Shown one piece after another: positions 18,820-26,246 of a stretch of DNA of 63,062 bases. Each line of letters begins with the position of its first letter. Position 1 is the stretch's first letter. The notes below the pieces were generated by a model, which saw only the letters and a list, made by a program, of their open reading frames with translations, was not told the origin of the DNA and did not search any database. Source of the DNA: Bacteroidaceae bacterium (GTDB taxonomy: Bacteria; Bacteroidota; Bacteroidia; Bacteroidales; Bacteroidaceae); NCBI GenBank assembly GCA_017647975.1, contig JAGCJL010000036.1, positions 1-63,062 on the forward strand, given 5' to 3'. The position numbers and the translations under genes were made by a program.

Positions 18820-18890
18820 TTGTCCTACCTGGATTCGAACCAAGACAAACAGAACCAAAACCTGTTGTGCTACCATTACACCATAGGACA
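18820..18890 (-). tRNA. tRNA-Gln (anticodon UUG)
   Basis: The reverse complement folds as a cloverleaf: acceptor TGTCCTA/TAGGACA, anticodon stem ACAGG/TCTGT with loop TTTTGGT (anticodon TTG), T-arm CTTGG-TTCGAAT-CCAGG. CCA is not encoded. Confidence 0.9.
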
Positions 18891-18920
18891 ATCCTCATTG
18901 CTCTCTTTTGAAGAGCGGTG

Positions 18921-18928
18921 CAAAGGTA
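18921..18928 (-). promoter_or_regulatory. -7 box TAccTTTG for tRNA-Gln
   Basis: caaaggta on the plus strand, about 30 nt upstream of the tRNA 5' end. Confidence 0.55.
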
Positions 18929-19006
18929 TGTCTTTTTGTTGTAAAAGCCAAATTTTTCAATCGGTTTTTGATGTTTAATGCTTACAAAGTCTCAAAATCA
19001 CTTTTC

Positions 19007-20356
19007 CTATTTGATAAAAAACTTTTTTGTATTGCTTATCTCACCGTTTCTCATTTGTGTGACAATATAAGTACCACATTTATTTGTGGCATTGATATTG
19101 ACGATGTTTTTTCCTGCAGATATTGGTTCTTCTTGTTGCTTTATGCCTTGAATAGTATTTATTATTATCTTGCCGTTTGCATTATTTTCAACATGTATTT
19201 GAAAGGACTCGTTTCTGTTAGGTACAGCAGGAACAATACTGATTAACACAGGCGTATTGACTTGCTCTATTCTATTGGCAATATTATCTATTTTGTAGAA
19301 ATGCTTGTATATGCTAATCTTGCCATCTTCTTCCTTGGTAGTATCAAAAGTTATATATCTGTATTCTCCCATCTTTAAAATAGTGATGTCGGCTCCTGCT
19401 TTTATGACATTGTTGTATATGGAACTTAAATCACCTATGATATTGTAATCTTCATCAAAAGTGATACTGTTTATAACATCTCCATTGCTATCAACAATTT
19501 CAATACCACCAAAGAGCAACTCTTTGTAAAAAGCCTCTCCTTCATTTGTTTTTGGAGTTTCCAAGTCAGTTGTAACCTCGGATAAAACCGTTTTATTACT
19601 TGTTGTATAAACAGGGCGTATATATTCGTATTCGTTGTCTTGATTGAAAAGTGTTTGGGTTATGTAGAATGCAGTGCCAACGGAGTTGTTATCATCTGTA
19701 TCCATGTACATTGCAAGTAGTACTCCTTTGCCACTCAGTGTCTTATAACTATTTTTGTATTCTCCCCACTCGCTGTATGTGTATTCATATATGGCATTGA
19801 AACAGAATACTTTTTCATCAGCATCAAGCATTATGCCTGCTTTAGGGTATTTCTCTCCTAAATAGTTGTATGCGAAAAAGTTATAGTCATACTCTCTGTT
19901 GTAAAATAATGTAATACCTTCTTGTGGTTCAAGAATGGCTATTTTTGATGTGCTGCGGCTGCCAATACTATTTTCTTCATGTCTTATAATAGCTTCAATC
20001 TTTTCGTTTCTTGTCATATCTTCAAAAGATTGAATAGCATTTTTATACATCTCGGTGAGTTCTTCGCCTTTTATTATTTCTGTGCAAACAGCACCGGTAA
20101 CTTCGCGTTCCCTTGTTGTCGATGAGATATATTCTATAGATATGCTATCAGCATCGATACTATTTGTGAGTGCGATTTCATTATCGTAAATATCAATACT
20201 CTTGCCGTTATATATATGCAAACAGGCATTATTGCCGTTTCTTAAACTTGTAGGAATAAAATATGTACCAGAACCTTTTTGTAATACTATATGGTTTTCC
20301 TGAGCACTCATTATTGTTGTAATGAGCACCGATATGAGCAGAAGAATATGTTTCAT
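19007..20356 (-). CDS. Uncharacterised secreted protein with a T9SS (Por) C-terminal sorting domain
   Basis: 449 aa with a signal peptide (MKHILLLISVLITTIMSAQE). The last ~80 aa have the type-A CTD pattern (...GKNIVNINATNKCGTYIVTQMRNGEISNTKKFFIK). I recognise no other domain, and the gene is visibly more AT-rich than its neighbours. Confidence 0.7.
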   Translation of the reverse strand: MKHILLLISVLITTIMSAQENHIVLQKGSGTYFIPTSLRNGNNACLHIYNGKSIDIYDNEIALTNSIDADSISIEYISSTTREREVTGAVCTEIIKGEELTEMYKNAIQSFEDMTRNEKIEAIIRHEENSIGSRSTSKIAILEPQEGITLFYNREYDYNFFAYNYLGEKYPKAGIMLDADEKVFCFNAIYEYTYSEWGEYKNSYKTLSGKGVLLAMYMDTDDNNSVGTAFYITQTLFNQDNEYEYIRPVYTTSNKTVLSEVTTDLETPKTNEGEAFYKELLFGGIEIVDSNGDVINSITFDEDYNIIGDLSSIYNNVIKAGADITILKMGEYRYITFDTTKEEDGKISIYKHFYKIDNIANRIEQVNTPVLISIVPAVPNRNESFQIHVENNANGKIIINTIQGIKQQEEPISAGKNIVNINATNKCGTYIVTQMRNGEISNTKKFFIK

Positions 20357-20358
20357 GT

Positions 20359-21465
20359 TTATTTCTGTTTGAATGAGTTTATAACCTCTATAACTTTTTG
20401 CACCTCATTATCGCTCATAGATGGGTTACATGGCAGGCTCAGCTCCGTTTCGTGTATCTCCTCGGTTATGGGGAAACTTAAATGCGAGAACTCTCTTAGT
20501 GCCTCTTGTCTATGCGGAGGAACAGGGTAGTGTATAAGCGTTTCTATGCCGTTCTGTGCAAGGTGTTCCTGCAGGGCTTCCCTCTCTTTTGACATAATGG
20601 CAAAGATGTGGAAAACATGTCTCTCTTTATCATTGGTGATAGGGAGTCTTATGCCCGTATTCTTTATGCCGTTTAGATATTGCTGTGCTATTTCATTGCG
20701 ACGCAAGTTATCGACATCAAGGTTTTGTAACTTTACCTTTAATGTGGCTGCTTGTAGTTCGTCAAGGCGACTGTTTACCCCTTTGTATATATTGATATAT
20801 TTTTTGTGTGAACCATAATTGCCTATTGCCTTTACGGCTTCAGCCAGGTCGTGGTCGTTGGTGGTGACAGCACCCCCATCACCCAAAGCTCCAAGGTTCT
20901 TGCCCGGATAGAAACTGAATGCAGCCGCATCTCCCAAGTTGCCAACCTTCTTGTTGCAGTACATGGCACCATGAGCCTGTGCTGCATCTTCTATTACCTT
21001 TAGATAGTATTTGCCCGCAATAGTGTTTATTTCATTCATGTCTGCAGCATAGCCGTATAAGTGTACCGGCATTATGGCACGCGTGCGTTCTGTTATCAAA
21101 CTCTCTATTCTTGTTGCATCTATGGTATATGTTCTTGCATCAGGTTCACATAGTACAGGCTTTAGTCCGGCTTGTATGATAGATAGTATTGATGCAATAT
21201 AAGTATTTGCAGGAACGATAACTTCATCACCATGTTTCATTACGCCTTTTTCACGGTACGCCAATAGAATAATCGTCAGTGCATCAAGACCATTTCCTGT
21301 ACCTATACAATATTTGCATCCGCAGTAATCGGCAAATGCTTTTTCAAAGCCGTCAACCTCATTTCCGCGAATATACCACCCGGAATGTATGACTCTTGTC
21401 ACAGCGTCGGTCAGTTGTGGCTCATAGGCTCTGTTAATCTCTTTAAGGTCGCAATATTTTATCAT
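20359..21465 (-). CDS. fdtB: DegT/DnrJ/EryC1/StrS-family sugar aminotransferase (FdtB/WecE-like, dTDP-keto-deoxyhexose transaminase)
   Basis: 368 aa with family motifs ([45 protein letters not shown]). It sits in a cluster with an FdtA-like isomerase. Confidence 0.8.
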   Translation of the reverse strand: MIKYCDLKEINRAYEPQLTDAVTRVIHSGWYIRGNEVDGFEKAFADYCGCKYCIGTGNGLDALTIILLAYREKGVMKHGDEVIVPANTYIASILSIIQAGLKPVLCEPDARTYTIDATRIESLITERTRAIMPVHLYGYAADMNEINTIAGKYYLKVIEDAAQAHGAMYCNKKVGNLGDAAAFSFYPGKNLGALGDGGAVTTNDHDLAEAVKAIGNYGSHKKYINIYKGVNSRLDELQAATLKVKLQNLDVDNLRRNEIAQQYLNGIKNTGIRLPITNDKERHVFHIFAIMSKEREALQEHLAQNGIETLIHYPVPPHRQEALREFSHLSFPITEEIHETELSLPCNPSMSDNEVQKVIEVINSFKQK

Positions 21466-22433
21466 TCTCCCTCTCTTTTTATATCAATGATATATGTGTC
21501 ATATACAATAGCTCGTCCGCCAAGACGCTCTTTGTAGGCTATAAGTCCATTATTGAGGATGTGTCCTCCATTCTCTACAGATGTTCCGAAATCAAAATAT
21601 CGCCCCTCGGCATAACGCTTATTGATGAGATAATCGTAGAGGTGGTCAAGAGCACTTATGCGTCTTCCCTCATCGCTTGTAGCGGTATATTGCATGTGTA
21701 CAACATTGTCTGTAACGAAGAGTACTACACCGCCAAGCAAATTATCCTCCTTATCAATGGTTGTAAAAAGCTTGATGTTTTCGGGGAAACGGCTTTTTAG
21801 TAGTTCAATCTCATCAATGCTATGGACAGGTGTTGCTCCATACTTATCTTGCAGTCTCTCGTTGAGCATTTCCCAGAATGGGGCAAAATCGCCATCTTCT
21901 ACAATTCTCAGCCTCTCTTTTGTTGCAGTAGTAAGTTTGCGTCGGCCACTGATAGGCAATGGCATTTCCAACGGTATTACCGATGATATTTTACGCTCGG
22001 CAAGAGTGGCACCATTGCGGAAAAGAGCATATAAATCCTCTTCGCATGGATAGCTGTGGTAAATGTGTGGAGTCGGTTTATAGATGAATCTTGTGACAAC
22101 AGTGTTTGTCCTCAAATATTCCAAAATAGCATTGAATATTTCAAGAGTAATTTCTGCTCTGGTGTCATTGGGCAAAATCAAACCTCCGTATGTGAGACCG
22201 TTGTGCGAGCAATAAGAGTTTTCTTTTATGTGTCCGGGGAGTATGGCTACAAGTTTGTCATTTGCATAACACATTAACGAGTAGTCGTCAAAACGGTCGG
22301 CATGATAGTCCATATATCCACGCTTGTGAAGGAATGTGCCATTACGGCTTTCTTCAACAAAACAGTCCCATATTGTTGCAAACTCTCTGGTGTACCGCTT
22401 TATGGTTAGAACATGTTCTTGCCCCCCTGTCAT
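21462..22433 (-). CDS. Putative sugar N-acyltransferase, FemAB-like/GNAT-fold
   Basis: 323 aa sandwiched between fdtA and fdtB with 4-nt ATGA overlaps on both sides. The N-terminal pattern ([32 protein letters not shown]) resembles large GNAT/FemAB-like acyltransferases in glycan loci. No HMM confirmation. Confidence 0.45.
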   Translation of the reverse strand: MTGGQEHVLTIKRYTREFATIWDCFVEESRNGTFLHKRGYMDYHADRFDDYSLMCYANDKLVAILPGHIKENSYCSHNGLTYGGLILPNDTRAEITLEIFNAILEYLRTNTVVTRFIYKPTPHIYHSYPCEEDLYALFRNGATLAERKISSVIPLEMPLPISGRRKLTTATKERLRIVEDGDFAPFWEMLNERLQDKYGATPVHSIDEIELLKSRFPENIKLFTTIDKEDNLLGGVVLFVTDNVVHMQYTATSDEGRRISALDHLYDYLINKRYAEGRYFDFGTSVENGGHILNNGLIAYKERLGGRAIVYDTYIIDIKREGE

Positions 22434-22816
22434 TTTCCTATGTATTGTAGAAATTCTTCGTATGAGTTTATGTAAGTTGTTTCATCGTATGTGTGCGATG
22501 CCAGAACAAGCAGTACTGCATCATGAGAAAATTTTCTCAGTTCATTCCATGTCTTGGGTGGCACAAGTAAACCTTTGTCTTTTGAATCAAGGTTGTATGT
22601 CTTTCTTCCGTCAATATCTTCAAGTGTAATTTCAACACTTCCGTTTACAGCAACAAGATATTGGTATGATATTTTATTTGCATGCATGCCACGCTCTTCA
22701 CCATCAGGTACGTTCTGAATCCAATATGCCCGTGTTATCTGGAACGGAATTTCATATCCGCTCTCTACAAGAGTGAGGCTTCCGCGTTTGTCGGTAAAAG
22801 TTTTCAGTTTGTCCAT
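22430..22816 (-). CDS. fdtA: dTDP-4-dehydro-6-deoxyglucose 3,4-ketoisomerase (FdtA/WxcM cupin)
   Basis: 128 aa with the FdtA pattern (F.DKRGSL...E....PF...R.YWI..VP....RG.HA...Q.L....GS..........L..P..W...........LVLAS..YD). Confidence 0.8.
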   Translation of the reverse strand: MDKLKTFTDKRGSLTLVESGYEIPFQITRAYWIQNVPDGEERGMHANKISYQYLVAVNGSVEITLEDIDGRKTYNLDSKDKGLLVPPKTWNELRKFSHDAVLLVLASHTYDETTYINSYEEFLQYIGK

Positions 22817-22843
22817 TGTTGGTGTTTTGGATGTACAACTCTA

Positions 22844-22851
22844 CAAATTTA
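22844..22851 (-). promoter_or_regulatory. -7 box TAaaTTTG for the fdtA operon
   Basis: caaattta on the plus strand, 28 nt upstream of the fdtA ATG at 22816. Confidence 0.5.
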
Positions 22852-22925
22852 AGTAAAAATGTTTATCGGCACGAATGTTTTAAAGAAACATTACTCATTT
22901 ATTTTATATAAACGGTTTTATTTTC

Positions 22926-23546
22926 TTAAAATTGCATGATTCTGTTACGGTTTTTGTTGATAAGCAATTTCAATTCATCAACAGGAATCTCTCTTGCCAT
23001 AGCAATGCTTCTGTATATATCAGCAATATCCTTTTTACTTTCATCACTTTCTATAAACAGACGGTTGTCAGGAATGAATTTTGCACTCTCTGTATTGTGG
23101 TGTTCGCCTAATGATAAATGAAATCCGCATTTGACAAGTTGCTCCGCCTGCTGTTTGTTGCCTCTAAAACCATGAATAATCCAGGCTTGTTTGGGATTTA
23201 CCTGCTTGTATATTGCAATAATATCGTCAATCCCCTTTACGCAATGTATAATAAGAGGTTTCATAAATTCTTCGGCCAGTAATGCCTGCTGTAGAAAAAC
23301 TTCTGTTTGTGTGGTGATGTCTGCCGGTGATTTAAGTTTGTCTATGCCACATTCTCCTATGGCAATCACGTTCTTGGCACTTGCAGCCTTTTTGATTTCA
23401 CAAATTTTGTTTTCCCACTCTTCACCTATATCCCAAGGATGTAACCCGACAGAAATATTCCTGTCGGTAATATATGATGTGCAGTTCAGGATAGAAGAAC
23501 TGTTTACAGAATCTTGTTTGTGAGTGTGAATGTCAAAGAAACTCAT
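22926..23546 (-). CDS. TatD-family metal-dependent hydrolase/DNase
   Basis: 206 aa with the motifs FDIHTH, IGECGID, IIHC and ESD. Confidence 0.8.
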   Translation of the reverse strand: MSFFDIHTHKQDSVNSSSILNCTSYITDRNISVGLHPWDIGEEWENKICEIKKAASAKNVIAIGECGIDKLKSPADITTQTEVFLQQALLAEEFMKPLIIHCVKGIDDIIAIYKQVNPKQAWIIHGFRGNKQQAEQLVKCGFHLSLGEHHNTESAKFIPDNRLFIESDESKKDIADIYRSIAMAREIPVDELKLLINKNRNRIMQF

Positions 23547-23548
23547 GA

Positions 23549-23770
23549 TTATGGAACGGGGTCATATCCGGAGCCTCCCCAAGGGTGACATCTCAGTATG
23601 CGACGCACTGCAAGGTATAGTCCTTTTATTGGGCCGTGTTTTTCAAGTGCTTCAATAGCATATTGTGAACATGTGGGAGTGAAACGGCATGACGGCGGAG
23701 TCATGGGGGATATTACTCCACGATAGAATTTAATGGGTAGAATAAGGATTTTAATAATTGTATTTCTCAT
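23549..23770 (-). CDS. yidD: Membrane protein insertion efficiency factor
   Basis: 73 aa with the YidD signature ([14 protein letters not shown]...HG, CHPW), directly downstream of rnpA as in most bacteria. Confidence 0.95.
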   Translation of the reverse strand: MRNTIIKILILPIKFYRGVISPMTPPSCRFTPTCSQYAIEALEKHGPIKGLYLAVRRILRCHPWGGSGYDPVP

Positions 23771-24159
23771 TTAAATCCCTTTTTCGTAATGATGTTTTGC
23801 AACAGTTTGTTCATCTTTTTGCAAAGATATTCAGTACTGCTTTTCTTTGAGTCTATGTACATTATTGCAACAGCCATCTTGCTGTTGTTGTTCTTTAATG
23901 TATCTATAAATTCATGCTTTCCAGTTCTGTAAGCCTCTCTTATGCGTCTTTTTAGAAGGTTGCGGTCAACCGCATGGCGGAAACGCCTTTTTGCAACATT
24001 GATAAGTATTGCTGCCGTTGGTTCCTGCTCCTCGGTAGATATTTCAATAAAGACCGCACGTAACGGAAATGCAGTAACAGATGTTCCTTCTGCATACAGC
24101 CTGTCTATTACGCGTTTGCTTTTAAGATGCTCTTTGAGTGGAAAGGTGTTCTTGCTCAT
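23767..24159 (-). CDS. rnpA: Ribonuclease P protein component
   Basis: Basic ~130 aa protein with the RNR-like motif ([16 protein letters not shown]) and rnpA-yidD synteny. The ATG at 24159 is preferred over the TTG at 24183, which lies inside a hairpin. Confidence 0.85.
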   Translation of the reverse strand: MSKNTFPLKEHLKSKRVIDRLYAEGTSVTAFPLRAVFIEISTEEQEPTAAILINVAKRRFRHAVDRNLLKRRIREAYRTGKHEFIDTLKNNNSKMAVAIMYIDSKKSSTEYLCKKMNKLLQNIITKKGFK

Positions 24160-24171
24160 TTTTAATAAAAA

Positions 24172-24204
24172 GGGGGTAACCAAAACAGCTATTTGGTCAC
24201 CCCC
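24172..24204 (-). terminator. Terminator-like hairpin between the hemD-like gene and rnpA
   Basis: 13-bp stem gggggtaaccaaa/tttggtcaccccc with one mismatch. On the minus strand it is followed by cTTTTTaTT. Confidence 0.5.
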
Positions 24205-24213
24205 GTATGTTTT

Positions 24214-24957
24214 TTACTTGTTGTGTTCTGTCAAGTAAGCATCCAATGCCGCGGGCATGTTTGTTGCAGCCGCTGATGGTGCTTCAAGGTCGAGTCGTAA
24301 GCCCTGTTCCTTGATGGTTTTTGCTGTGATGTTTCCAAAACATGCGATAAGTTGTTCGCCCTGATCATAATCGGGAACGTTCTTTTTCAAAGAATCGATA
24401 CCGTGTGGGCTGAAGAAAATCAACATGTCGTATGACTTAATGAAGTCGGCCTCAATTTCTGTGCTCACAGTACGGTACATCTCTGCTTGTGAATGTTGAA
24501 TTCCGTACTTGTCAAAAATCGCGTTTATCTCAGCATTGTGGACATTTGATGTAGGAACGAAATATTTTTCGGTCTTGTGCTTTGCAAACAGAGGCTCCAA
24601 GTCCTGTATATGTCCGTTGCCGTAGAATACTTTACGTTTGCGATACTGAACGTACTTCTGTATATAAAGTGAAATAGTCTCTGAGAGACAGAAATATTTC
24701 ATGTCATCGGGTATTGTCACTCTCAACTCCTTGCAGAGGTTGAAGAAATGGTCAATAGCATGACGTGAAAGAAAGACAATGGCAGTATGGTCTAAGATTG
24801 AAACCTTCTGCTGTCTGAACTCTCTTGATGTAACTCCCTCAACTTTGATGAAAGAACAGAAATCGATCTTCACCTTATGCTTCTCCTCGATATCAAAATA
24901 TGGAGACTTTCCTGTAGCCGGTTTTGGTTGTGAAACCAGAATCTTACTTACCTTCAA
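24214..24957 (-). CDS. hemD: Uroporphyrinogen-III synthase-like protein (HEM4 family)
   Basis: 247 aa starting at TTG, with the N-terminal pattern ILVSQPKP typical of Bacteroidetes HemD-like proteins. It is adjacent to a DUF4271-type membrane protein, as I recall for this phylum. Confidence 0.65.
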   Translation of the reverse strand: MKVSKILVSQPKPATGKSPYFDIEEKHKVKIDFCSFIKVEGVTSREFRQQKVSILDHTAIVFLSRHAIDHFFNLCKELRVTIPDDMKYFCLSETISLYIQKYVQYRKRKVFYGNGHIQDLEPLFAKHKTEKYFVPTSNVHNAEINAIFDKYGIQHSQAEMYRTVSTEIEADFIKSYDMLIFFSPHGIDSLKKNVPDYDQGEQLIACFGNITAKTIKEQGLRLDLEAPSAAATNMPAALDAYLTEHNK

Positions 24958-24961
24958 TGTC

Positions 24962-25657
24962 CTAAATTTTTATTGTTATAAATTCATTCACTTGTAGTAT
25001 GAAATTCCACACAAAAAGGATGGGTAGAATTTCGAGTGTGCAAAGATATAAAAAAATATCCAAAATGTTGATATTTCGTGTAAAAATGATTTTAATCATA
25101 TTGCTAATTACCATATACAGGTACGCAATCAACACTAAAAGCAGATAAACTTTCACACAAGTGAATGAAATTGAAGGAATGAAAAGAATTGATATTATTG
25201 CCGGTGCTAAAGCGAATCCGAGCAATTTGATTGTAAACATATATATATATTGCAACTCTTTTACCGCCTGTCTTGTAAATAGTATAGAATTAACGATATA
25301 ATAACTTGCATATTTTGCAAGAATCACAGTCGTAAATAACAGAATAAATGCTATCAAATAGGGTAATGAGCCATTGTCAAAATTACCTAATCCCTTTTCT
25401 TTTAGGAATTCTATTGTAATAATGGTTGAATAGAGTATGGTTTGTGTATGCAACAAAGTGTTGCTCAATCCACTGATGTTTGTTCTGTCATTGAATGGGG
25501 TTTGATTACTACCGTAGTAGAACACATATTTTATGCGTTCCATAATATTTGTACCGTGCATTATAAATACAAATGCAATACCCACAAGGTTGAGTATAAA
25601 CAAAAGCATTACGGCATTGTCATTGGCAATATTGTATGGTGCAGGAATATTAATCAT
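24962..25657 (-). CDS. Multi-pass membrane protein (DUF4271-like)
   Basis: Hydrophobic ~230 aa protein. The start is set at the ATG that forms an ATGA overlap with the LOG gene stop (25654-25657). The family call rests on synteny and general appearance. Confidence 0.55.
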   Translation of the reverse strand: MINIPAPYNIANDNAVMLLFILNLVGIAFVFIMHGTNIMERIKYVFYYGSNQTPFNDRTNISGLSNTLLHTQTILYSTIITIEFLKEKGLGNFDNGSLPYLIAFILLFTTVILAKYASYYIVNSILFTRQAVKELQYIYMFTIKLLGFALAPAIISILFIPSISFTCVKVYLLLVLIAYLYMVISNMIKIIFTRNINILDIFLYLCTLEILPILFVWNFILQVNEFITIKI

Positions 25658-26238
25658 AATGCAGCATATTTTCTGACACTTTCGTTCCAGCGTGGAGTGT
25701 TTCTTATAATATCCAAAGCCTCGGCAGGTGTTGAGGCTACGCTCCATATATTACGGTGCATCTCACCCATGAAGTGCTCTTCCAAAGCTCTTTCGAGTTG
25801 TGCTATGAAATGGTCATAATATCCATTTATGTTGAGTATTACTATTGGGTTCAGATATAACCCCAACTGTTTCCATGTAATAATCTCGCTTAGCTCCTCA
25901 ATAGTTCCACAACCACCGGGCAATGCAATTACAGCGTCACTCAGGCTTGCCATCATCTGCTTGCGTTCATGCATATCCTTGGTTATATGCAATTCGCTAA
26001 GTCCTTTATGATGCCAATCCTGTTCTACCATGAATTGCGGTATAACACCAATAGCTTTGCCGCCATTTTCCAATGTACCGTCTTGAACCTTACACATAAG
26101 TCCCAAAGAACCGGCACCGGTGACAAGGGTAATGCCTTCATTGGCGAGGAGTCTGCCAAGTTCGTATGCAACTTCGCCATAAATAGGTGCAATCTTATTG
26201 CTCGATGCACAGTACACGCATATTTTCTCTATATTCAT
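25654..26238 (-). CDS. LOG-family protein (TIGR00730; nucleotide 5'-monophosphate phosphoribohydrolase)
   Basis: 194 aa with the PGGCGTIEEL motif and the GGGSxGLM-like motif TGAGSLGLM. Confidence 0.9.
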   Translation of the reverse strand: MNIEKICVYCASSNKIAPIYGEVAYELGRLLANEGITLVTGAGSLGLMCKVQDGTLENGGKAIGVIPQFMVEQDWHHKGLSELHITKDMHERKQMMASLSDAVIALPGGCGTIEELSEIITWKQLGLYLNPIVILNINGYYDHFIAQLERALEEHFMGEMHRNIWSVASTPAEALDIIRNTPRWNESVRKYAAL

Positions 26239-26246
26239 GGTCTATT

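Noticed and set aside
18770-19006. tRNA-Gln as an integration site for a genomic island containing the AT-rich T9SS gene
   Set aside because: There is no integrase, no direct repeat of the tRNA 3' end, and the AT-rich gene lies on the 5' side of the tRNA and is operonic with fdtB.
18908-19246. 112-aa plus-strand ORF next to tRNA-Gln
   Set aside because: It overlaps the 3' end of the T9SS cargo gene and the tRNA promoter region. It is AT-rich with a Phe/Leu-rich product and no support.
22422-22427. G6 homopolymer at codons 3-4 of the acyltransferase as a possible slipped-strand phase-variation switch
   Set aside because: Six bases is below the length usually associated with phase variation. 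A homopolymer of the same length (six Cs on the coding strand) occurs in the Walker A codons of comM (28887-28892), so runs of this length are ordinary here.
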